Part shown: one piece after another, positions 52,933 to 60,783 of the stretch
Layout: every line of letters begins with the position of its first letter
Numbering within the stretch: position 1 is the stretch's first letter
Origin: Candidatus Latescibacterota bacterium
GTDB lineage: Bacteria; Latescibacterota; UBA2968; UBA8231
Assembly (NCBI GenBank): GCA_965217585.1
Contig: OZ244561.1
Span: forward strand, 4,192,001 to 4,256,000
Direction: 5' to 3'
DNA length: 64,000 bases
Program-made: the position numbers and the translations under genes
The notes under the pieces: model-generated
The model's input: only the letters and a program-made list of their open reading frames with translations
Databases searched by the model: none
What the model was told of the DNA's origin: nothing

Positions 52933-55698
52933 TTAATAGACCACCGCTACGGGCCTTATCTGCTCGCTGTCCTTGGCGTCTCCCTCGACCACAACCCGCA
53001 ATAGATAGATCCCTGGAGGCACCAGATTTCCGGCCGCATCCCTCCCATTCCATCCGAGGCCGGGAATAACACTCTGATCATAGTGGCCGCTCAACCCCTC
53101 GCTGTCGTGGAGCGCGAATACCAGTTGGCCCGAAAGGTCGAAGAGGTGCAGGCTGATTTTAGCTTCGCGGGTAATGGTCAGGACATCGTACTCAATGCTC
53201 AGAATATCGTTGATTCCATCATCGTTGGGCGTAAAGGGATTGGGAGATACCCTTAGAGAGCCGATGAGCTCTCCTCGGGCGATGGCCGGACTCAACACCG
53301 TGATGCCCGAAGCCGTCGGCAGATCTCCTTCCCCTAATAGCGTTGCATTTCCAGGGGTAATTCGCTGTATGGCGCCTTCCTGGGTTGACAGGATGGCCTG
53401 CCCCGCGACCACAGTGCTGTAGAGCAGCACCTTGCTGCGGAAGAATATCTTCAGCAGTCTCTCTCCACCTTCGGCTGGTCTGGCAATGTGGGGAAATTTT
53501 ACCGTGAAGTTGCGCTCCGCCACCTCCGCAATCGCAAAGGTATCGCCGGCGGCAGCTACCGAATAGGGCAGGACGTGTATACTGCCGTCCTCGAGTTGCA
53601 CGACAGAATTTCCCTCGCTATCGAGGGCGATATCCGCATTCAGGTCCCGTTCGGCTAGGACTGAACCAACTTCGTCTACAATCTGGATTTTGTCGATGCC
53701 CAGAACCTGGGTGGGAGTTTCAATCTGGAAGGCATCAAACCCCGCCACCCCCTCGATGTCCATCAGCGCTTTCACCGCATAGGTGAACTGCACCGTCTCA
53801 AAGGCTTCTACTTCGCGCGGATAAATTTCGGCGATCAGGTCGTCAGCCAGCGGCGGTGCCAGGTACTCGATAGTCAATTGCTCTATCATTTTGGTGGCGT
53901 CTATGCGGCTGTTCTGGAACTCTAGCGAGAACTGGATGTAGCGCCGCGGACCGGGCGAGAGAATTGACGTGCCTCCAGGTGCATCCCCGCCGCTATAAGG
54001 TGCCGACCAAGGGCTCCAGTTTTGTAGGTCTTCCTCAACCGCCCACTGGACCCACGGGTCCTCCAGTTTTAGGTATTCCTCGCGGCCGAGTGGTTCGTTG
54101 GGGTTTTTCAGTGAAGTCGCCTGTTCGGGATCGGCGAGCCGCTGGATATTTCTGCGCTTATAGACAATGGGGGTGGGATCGCTCCCCGTCCGGGTGCGAA
54201 TGAGGATATCGGTGGCGACTCGACGACCCGGCGGGGCGACGCGTTCGGTCCAACTGATATTGCCCCAGGTGGCGACCTCCCCTAGATCGAAGACGGGAGA
54301 AATGTAGGAACTGGCGGCGACAAATCCTTGTCCGTAGACCTCCAATTCGTCTATCTCATAGGGGAAGGACGAGGTGGATTTAATGCGCACGTAGCGCACC
54401 AAGCGGGCCGGCTTCACCTCTATATCGAGTACGGGCTCCTCATTTTCCGCGCTCCTCAACAGGGGCACATAGTCGTTGGTGCGGGGCGAAAACCTGCCAA
54501 AACTGTCGCGCACCAAGTTGCGGCCGTCGTGCAGCAAAAGCTCGAATTGTCGGAGAAAATCGTTCTGGAAAGGGAATTGCGGGGCGTTCTGGACCGTATT
54601 GCGCGGATAGAAGCGGATCCTATTGATGCCAATGGGAGTGCCCAAATCGAGCACGATGAAAGTACCCAGTATCGGCTGGTCCCCTTTGCGTTCAAAGGCG
54701 TCTTCTGATCCACCCGGCTCAATCAATTCTAGCAGAATAGGTGCCAGGGCGGTCGTGGAAAGATCTTTGACCGACGGCGCTGTAATTTCGCCGTTGAACT
54801 CGAGGGCTCTTTGAGCCACGTTTTCACCTAGGGCAATGTGAACCGGGCTCAGCGCCACCGGCAACACCACGGGATTCTTGGTCCCGGGAGGCAGCCGTTG
54901 CCCCTCGTCTTCGTCCTGCAAGCTTTTTGCCGCTGGGCGGGCGACCAACTTGCCCCGCTGTCTTCCTGGTCTCTGTGTCTGCTCCCCTGTTTCCTTGTTT
55001 TTACAGATCACCTTATAACAGTCTGCAAGCGTCTTTTGCTCCGCGCCCACCTGCTGGAAGTAAGTCTCGCACTCTCCCCAATCTTCCGGGATGAGACCGG
55101 TTCCCTGGGCGACATGGGCACCGGAAATCTGCAATTCGAAGGTCTTCGCTTCCTCGGCACAACTGAGGTCGCCTCCTTCCTCCTCGGCAAAGCCGTCCCT
55201 GGTCTCTCCCTCCGGCCGGATCGGGTCCAGGGCCTCGCCGACCTGCTGCATGCGTTCTGCGAGATCGTCCCCGACCTGGAATCCGATTAACACGGTGGAC
55301 AGGTTGCCTTGGACGCTGGTCTCCAAGCTGGCGATCCCGCTGAGCGGAGAGGTCGCCTCTATCAGCATCTGGTTGACTAGGTCCATTTGCTCTGCGAGGA
55401 GTTCGGGCTCAACATCAACCACGGTCTTGATCTGAACGGAGGGAACGACGTCGTCCAAGATCGACAGATCGATCAGATTGCCAGGGGCACTGCCCACCTC
55501 GGTCGACTTCAGTCCCACTATGTGTTCGGCGGGAAAAGTGGTTATATTCCCCCCCAAGGTCGTGCCCCCCCAAGAGACATTGCCGTTGACGCCGACCCGC
55601 AAGAACTCCACCGCCCTAGCCTCGTCTGTCCACATGGGACCTAAAACTCCAATGGTGAAAAACGCGGATAGAAGCTGATACAGTGGATGGCGCACCAT
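52933..55698 (-). CDS. large secreted protein with C-terminal FlgD-Ig/CHU_C-like domain (paralog 2)
   Basis: LDLG..INRIRFYPR, IRTRTG, WSPWS, SPGPRRY, SPNPFTPNDDGIND...VAVVY. Confidence 0.8.
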   Translation of the reverse strand: MVRHPLYQLLSAFFTIGVLGPMWTDEARAVEFLRVGVNGNVSWGGTTLGGNITTFPAEHIVGLKSTEVGSAPGNLIDLSILDDVVPSVQIKTVVDVEPELLAEQMDLVNQMLIEATSPLSGIASLETSVQGNLSTVLIGFQVGDDLAERMQQVGEALDPIRPEGETRDGFAEEEGGDLSCAEEAKTFELQISGAHVAQGTGLIPEDWGECETYFQQVGAEQKTLADCYKVICKNKETGEQTQRPGRQRGKLVARPAAKSLQDEDEGQRLPPGTKNPVVLPVALSPVHIALGENVAQRALEFNGEITAPSVKDLSTTALAPILLELIEPGGSEDAFERKGDQPILGTFIVLDLGTPIGINRIRFYPRNTVQNAPQFPFQNDFLRQFELLLHDGRNLVRDSFGRFSPRTNDYVPLLRSAENEEPVLDIEVKPARLVRYVRIKSTSSFPYEIDELEVYGQGFVAASSYISPVFDLGEVATWGNISWTERVAPPGRRVATDILIRTRTGSDPTPIVYKRRNIQRLADPEQATSLKNPNEPLGREEYLKLEDPWVQWAVEEDLQNWSPWSAPYSGGDAPGGTSILSPGPRRYIQFSLEFQNSRIDATKMIEQLTIEYLAPPLADDLIAEIYPREVEAFETVQFTYAVKALMDIEGVAGFDAFQIETPTQVLGIDKIQIVDEVGSVLAERDLNADIALDSEGNSVVQLEDGSIHVLPYSVAAAGDTFAIAEVAERNFTVKFPHIARPAEGGERLLKIFFRSKVLLYSTVVAGQAILSTQEGAIQRITPGNATLLGEGDLPTASGITVLSPAIARGELIGSLRVSPNPFTPNDDGINDILSIEYDVLTITREAKISLHLFDLSGQLVFALHDSEGLSGHYDQSVIPGLGWNGRDAAGNLVPPGIYLLRVVVEGDAKDSEQIRPVAVVY

Positions 55699-55859
55699 AA
55701 GAAGTCCTCCGCCGTCGAAAGAAAATCTTCCCGTAGTCCCGTAGTATAGTAAAATTCCGCGCCCATTAAAAATTTCATTCTCACCGCATCTTTGACTAAA
55801 TTAGGGCTGCCAGAATTGGAACCAACGCCGCGTTTTAATTTCTGAGGAGGGCACAGGGG

Positions 55860-57992
55860 ATGTCGATCCGTTATGCGTCTCTACTTCTCACCTTTCTGGT
55901 TCTCCTATGCGCCAGGACCAACGCCTTCAATGTGTATCACCTAGGCGGCACCGACGGCCATCCGTGGCAGACGGCCCTGTCCTACGAGCCAGGGGACTAT
56001 CTGGTGCTCAAACCCGATGGCACGGCCGACCAGCGTCTGCCCCTCGCGGCTCCCTCCGCCCATCCGACTTGGGAGGACACTCTAGCTGATCGCATAGACA
56101 GTTTGGGCGGGCAATGGCTGCGACCCTTCTTCCTCCCCGATACCCTCAACCTAGCCCAAGATGGGATCCGGGAACGCTACGATAACGACTTCTTTGTCGA
56201 CGGCAACCTGTTTACCAGCGGTGCGAGCTACGATGTGGAATCTCAGACGAGGCTGATGCGTCCGGCGGTCGATGGCGATCCGCAGACGGCTTCTTTCTAC
56301 ACGGCTTCGGCTTCGAGCGATCCGACCATTCGCCGGGGCATCTACATTCAGAACAATATTGTAGATCTGGGGGTAAACTATCCGGTCAATCGCATCCGCT
56401 TCTTTCCCCGTCTGGGCACCAGCAATCCCAATATCGATGCGATTCTCGCGGCGATGGCCCCTCCCAAGCTGCACAAAGAGGATCTGCTGGAGGAGGATTT
56501 CTCCGCCAATTTCATGCCTTGGTTCGAAGTGGCCGCCGCCAACAGCGACCAGAATCTGGGGCCTTTCACTGGTGGATGGCTGCGAGGAATCATCCCCGGC
56601 ATCCCCAACGCCAAAAGTGATTCGCGCTTCACCGTCCTCTTCACTGACCGAGAGAATCTGGACGTGCTGGTGGATTTTCGCTTTCCCACCCAGCAGTTGC
56701 GCTGGATTGCCTACCGCGTCCTCGACCCCATCCGCAACTACGAAATTGCCGAATTTCAAGTGTTCGGCTCGGGCTATATCCAACGCGCGGTCTACACCAC
56801 GGCCGTATTGGACTTCGGCCAGCCCATGGCCTGGGGCAACATCCGCTGGAAGGGAACACGCGATCCTCAGGCCAAACTCCTCATCCGCACCCGCACCGGC
56901 CACGACGACGAGCCGCTGCTCTACTGGCAGAAAACCAGTATCCCCGGCGAGTTCAAGCAAGTCACCCGCAAGGAATACGATATCACCCTCAAACGCGAAC
57001 GACGCCTTACTCTCGACGAACAAAACTGGAGTTTCTGGTCGGCACCTTATGCTTGGCCGGCTGGGTTGGCCGATACCACCTTGGAGGCTGCAGCCTGGCA
57101 GGATGGCACGCCTATTCTGTCGCCGGGTCCGGCGCGCTACCTGCAACTGCAACTGCTTTTTCTCTCCACCCAGACGGATGCGGCCAAACTGCGGGAGTTG
57201 GAAATCCAGTTTTCGCCTCCGGCTGCCCTGCGCGCCGTCGGTGAGATCTGGCCGTTGGATGTGTCCCGTACCCACAGTACCGCCTTCACCTATAGTGTCC
57301 TACCCACCTTTGATCGCGACACCCAGGGTTTTGACCGACTGGAGATTTTTACCCTGACTCGGGCTGACACTGTGCGCTCGGTGCGCGTCGATGGGGCGGA
57401 GGTGAGCGATCAGTTTCCACCCCAAATCCAAAAGGACCGGATTCTGGTCGCCCTACCTCGGTTGCAAGGGGGGGACGACACCTTCAAGCTAGTCGAAATC
57501 GAGTTCGACGCGCGCGTGGTGCGCTACGGCACGGAATTCCAGGGCTGGATCTTCGACAGCGAGGGCACGGGGGTCAAACAGTTGATTGAGCCGGGCGATG
57601 CCACGGTGGATTTTCCCGGCAATGCGCTGGGGGTGCGTCCGACCGGGCTGGGCGATGCGTTGCTGACACAGGTGTCGGTCTTTCCCAATCCGTTCACGCC
57701 CAACGGCGATGGTCTCAACGATGTGGCTCGCTTTCAGTTTCAACTCCACGAGGTATCTGCCCCGCGCGATTTGCGGCTGCGGGTGTATGATGTGTCGGGT
57801 CGGCTGGTGCGTCAGTTGGATCGTCAGTTGGCCATTCGGGGTCTGTTTGGCGAGGGGGTTGAGGATCCGGTCTGGGATGGTCTGGATGAGGGCGGTGGTT
57901 TGGTTGCGCCGGGGATTTACCTCTACCGGATTTCGCTGGACACAGACGAGGGAGCAAGAGAAAAGCTAGGCACTATCTCGGTCGTCTATTGA
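55860..57992 (+). CDS. secreted protein with C-terminal FlgD-Ig/CHU_C-like domain (paralog 3)
   Basis: Signal peptide; VNRIRFFPR, IRTRTG, WSFWS, SPGPARY, PNPFTPNGDGLND...ISVVY. Confidence 0.82.
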   Translation: MSIRYASLLLTFLVLLCARTNAFNVYHLGGTDGHPWQTALSYEPGDYLVLKPDGTADQRLPLAAPSAHPTWEDTLADRIDSLGGQWLRPFFLPDTLNLAQDGIRERYDNDFFVDGNLFTSGASYDVESQTRLMRPAVDGDPQTASFYTASASSDPTIRRGIYIQNNIVDLGVNYPVNRIRFFPRLGTSNPNIDAILAAMAPPKLHKEDLLEEDFSANFMPWFEVAAANSDQNLGPFTGGWLRGIIPGIPNAKSDSRFTVLFTDRENLDVLVDFRFPTQQLRWIAYRVLDPIRNYEIAEFQVFGSGYIQRAVYTTAVLDFGQPMAWGNIRWKGTRDPQAKLLIRTRTGHDDEPLLYWQKTSIPGEFKQVTRKEYDITLKRERRLTLDEQNWSFWSAPYAWPAGLADTTLEAAAWQDGTPILSPGPARYLQLQLLFLSTQTDAAKLRELEIQFSPPAALRAVGEIWPLDVSRTHSTAFTYSVLPTFDRDTQGFDRLEIFTLTRADTVRSVRVDGAEVSDQFPPQIQKDRILVALPRLQGGDDTFKLVEIEFDARVVRYGTEFQGWIFDSEGTGVKQLIEPGDATVDFPGNALGVRPTGLGDALLTQVSVFPNPFTPNGDGLNDVARFQFQLHEVSAPRDLRLRVYDVSGRLVRQLDRQLAIRGLFGEGVEDPVWDGLDEGGGLVAPGIYLYRISLDTDEGAREKLGTISVVY

Positions 57993-58015
57993 CTCAATTG
58001 AGAGGAAAACAGGAT

Positions 58016-60148
58016 ATGTCGGCCCGTTATGCGCCTCTACTTCTCACCTTTCTAATTCTCCTATGTGCCAAGACCAGTGCCTTCAATGTGTATCATCTGG
58101 GCGGCACAGACGGCAATCAGTGGCAGACAGCCCTGTCCTACGAGCCAGGGGAGTATCAGGTCCTCAACCCCGATGGCACTGCCAGCCAGCGCCTCCCCCT
58201 CATAGCCCCCTCCACCCACCCGACCTGGGAGGACACTCTGGCCGATCGCATAGACAGTGTGGGCGGGCAATGGCTGCGGCCCTTCTTCGTCCCCGATACC
58301 CTCAACCTAGCCCAGGATGGGATCCGGGAACGCTACAGAAATGACTTCTTTGTCGACGGCAACCTGTTTACCAGCGGCCCGAGCTACGAAGTGAGTGCCC
58401 AGACGGGGCTGATGAGACCGGCGGTCGACGGCGACCCGCAGACGGCCTCTTTCTACACCGCCTCAGCCACGAGCGATCCGACCATTCGCAGGGGCATCTA
58501 CATCCAGAACAATGTCGTAGATCTGGGGGTAAACTATCCGGTCAATCGCATCCGCTTTTTTCCCCGTCTGGGCACCAGCAATCCCAGAATCGACGAGATT
58601 CTCGAGGACATGGCCCCTCCCAAGCTACGCAAAGAGGACCTGCTGGAGGAGGATTTCTCCGTCAATTTCATGCCTTGGTTCGAACTGGCCGCCGCCAACA
58701 GCGACCAGACTCTGGTGTCGGACGCTGGGGCGTATCTGCGAGGAATCATCCCCGGCGTCCCCAACGCCAAGAGTGATTCGCGCTTCACCGTCCTCTTCGC
58801 CGACCGGGAGAATCTGGACGTGGTCATGGATTTTCGCTTTCCCACCCAGCAGTTGCGCTGGATTTCCTATCGCGTCCTCGACCCCATCCGCAACTACGAA
58901 ATTGCCGAATTTCAAGTATTCGGCTCGGGCTATATCCAACGAGCGGTCTACACTACTGCAGTACTAGACTTCGGCCAGCCCATGGCCTGGGGCAACATCC
59001 GCTGGAAAGGAGAACGCGACCCCCAGGCCCAACTCCTCATCCGCACCCGCACCGGCCACGACGACGAGCCGCTGCTCTACTGGCAGAAAACCAGTATACC
59101 CGGCGAGTTCAAGAAAATCACCCGCAAGGAATACAATATCACCCTCAAACGCGAACGACGCCTCACCCTCGACGAACAAAACTGGAGCTTCTGGTCGGCT
59201 CCTTATGCTTGGCACGCCGGCTTGGCCGATTCCACCCTGGAGGCCGCCGCTTGGCGGGATGGCACCCCCATCCTGTCGCCGGGGCCGGCGCGCTACCTGC
59301 AACTGCAGCTCCTCTTCCTCTCCACCCAGACGGATGCGGCCAAGCTGCGGGAATTGGAAATCCAGTTTTCGCCTCCGGCTGCCCTGCGCGCCGTCGGTGA
59401 GATCTGGCCGTTGGACGTGTCCCGCACCCACAGCACCGCCTTCACCTACAGTATTCTGCCCACCTTTGATCGCGACACCCAAGGTTTTGACCAGCTAGAG
59501 ATTTTCACCCTGACTCGGGCCGACACCGTGCGCTCGGTACGCGTTGATGGGGTGGAAGTGCGCGACCAGTTCCCACCCGAAATCCAAGCGGACCGGATTC
59601 TGGTCGGCCTGCCCCGGCTGCAAGGGAGCGACGACACCTTCAAGCTGGTCGAAGTCGAGTTCGACGCGCGCGTGGTGCGCTACGGCACGGAATTCCAGGG
59701 CTGGATCTTCGACAGCGAGGGCACGGGGGTCAAACAGTTGATTGAGCCGGGCGATGCCACGGTGGATTTTCCCGGCAATGCGCTGGGGGTGCGTTCTGCC
59801 GGGCTGGGCGATGAGTTGCTGACTCGGGTGTCGATCTTTCCCAATCCGTTCACGCCCAACGGCGATGGTCTCAACGATGTAGCTCGCTTTCAGTTTCAAC
59901 TCCACGAGGTATCCGCCCCACGCGACTTGCGGCTGCGTCTGTATGATGTGTCGGGTCGGCTGGTGCGGCAGTTGGATCGTCAGTTGGCCATTCGGGGTCT
60001 GTTTGGCGAGGGGGTCGAGGATCCGGTCTGGGATGGTCTGGATGAGGGCGGTGGTTTGGTTGCGCCCGGGATTTACCTCTATCGGATTTCGCTGGACACA
60101 GACGAGGGAAGAAAGGAAAAGGTAGGCACTATCTCGGTCGCCTATTAG
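58016..60148 (+). CDS. secreted protein, tandem duplicate of the previous gene (paralog 4)
   Basis: Same length (710 aa) and colinear with 55860-57992; ATG 58016. Confidence 0.82.
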   Translation: MSARYAPLLLTFLILLCAKTSAFNVYHLGGTDGNQWQTALSYEPGEYQVLNPDGTASQRLPLIAPSTHPTWEDTLADRIDSVGGQWLRPFFVPDTLNLAQDGIRERYRNDFFVDGNLFTSGPSYEVSAQTGLMRPAVDGDPQTASFYTASATSDPTIRRGIYIQNNVVDLGVNYPVNRIRFFPRLGTSNPRIDEILEDMAPPKLRKEDLLEEDFSVNFMPWFELAAANSDQTLVSDAGAYLRGIIPGVPNAKSDSRFTVLFADRENLDVVMDFRFPTQQLRWISYRVLDPIRNYEIAEFQVFGSGYIQRAVYTTAVLDFGQPMAWGNIRWKGERDPQAQLLIRTRTGHDDEPLLYWQKTSIPGEFKKITRKEYNITLKRERRLTLDEQNWSFWSAPYAWHAGLADSTLEAAAWRDGTPILSPGPARYLQLQLLFLSTQTDAAKLRELEIQFSPPAALRAVGEIWPLDVSRTHSTAFTYSILPTFDRDTQGFDQLEIFTLTRADTVRSVRVDGVEVRDQFPPEIQADRILVGLPRLQGSDDTFKLVEVEFDARVVRYGTEFQGWIFDSEGTGVKQLIEPGDATVDFPGNALGVRSAGLGDELLTRVSIFPNPFTPNGDGLNDVARFQFQLHEVSAPRDLRLRLYDVSGRLVRQLDRQLAIRGLFGEGVEDPVWDGLDEGGGLVAPGIYLYRISLDTDEGRKEKVGTISVAY

Positions 60149-60279
60149 GCCCGTTTGCGCAGGAGCGATGTTTCCAGCCACGGCAAGCTCTGGAAGGGCC
60201 TTCCTGATTGCCTATCTGGCGACTGCGAAGCACTGGAAACGGAGTTGATTTCACGGGTACGCAACCCCGATCCTACCCA

Positions 60280-60783
60280 TTAAAGCCCCAGAATTTCGCG
60301 CGTTTTTTGCGGCAGCGCTCGCCAGTTGGCGATCAGATAGCGGTTGCCATCGACATCCTCGATGATGGTCCGGCCGCCAGAGAGGATGCGCACATTGGTG
60401 CGGTAGCTGCGGATTTCGAGTTGGCGGGGGCCGCTGGTGGTTTCGATCTGGCCGCGCAGCACCCCGAATTCCTCGTCGAGGTTGTTGAAAGCGAGAACCT
60501 GCGGTTGAAAGTAAATCTTGTCGAGCTCGTCTAAGAGCACTTGGCGACTTTGGTCGTCGAGCTGCTGCGGGTCTTCGATTAGGCCGAGTTCTTGGTCTTC
60601 GGCGGCAGAGACGCCGATATAGCGGTCGGCCTCTTCTAATGGGAAGGCGAGGCGGATCTTGAGGTCAGTGTATTCCTCGCCGTCGAGTCTGAGGATCAAG
60701 CTGCCACGCTCGGAGCGGCTGAAGCGCATCTTTTGCGGGTCGAGCAGAAAATCCTCGTAGGAATAGCCGCGTGCTTCGCTCAT
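60280..60783 (-). CDS. DUF1854 domain protein
   Basis: AFPL....YI, ELGLIED, IETTSGPR, IEDVDGNRY; overlaps the stop of the ABC gene. Confidence 0.8.
   Translation of the reverse strand: MSEARGYSYEDFLLDPQKMRFSRSERGSLILRLDGEEYTDLKIRLAFPLEEADRYIGVSAAEDQELGLIEDPQQLDDQSRQVLLDELDKIYFQPQVLAFNNLDEEFGVLRGQIETTSGPRQLEIRSYRTNVRILSGGRTIIEDVDGNRYLIANWRALPQKTREILGL

Larger units (their letters stand above)
55860..60148 (+). repeat. tandem gene duplication, period 2156 bp
   Basis: The two copies align without gaps, with long identical nucleotide tracts. Confidence 0.92.

Noticed and set aside
55860-60148. Diversity-generating retroelement (TR/VR) as the cause of the repeat
   Set aside because: No reverse transcriptase in the window, differences are not adenine-specific, and both copies are full ORFs
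60192-60204. GGAAGGGCCTTCC resembling the palindrome at 16600
   Set aside because: Flanks unrelated; probably a short hairpin between convergent genes or chance
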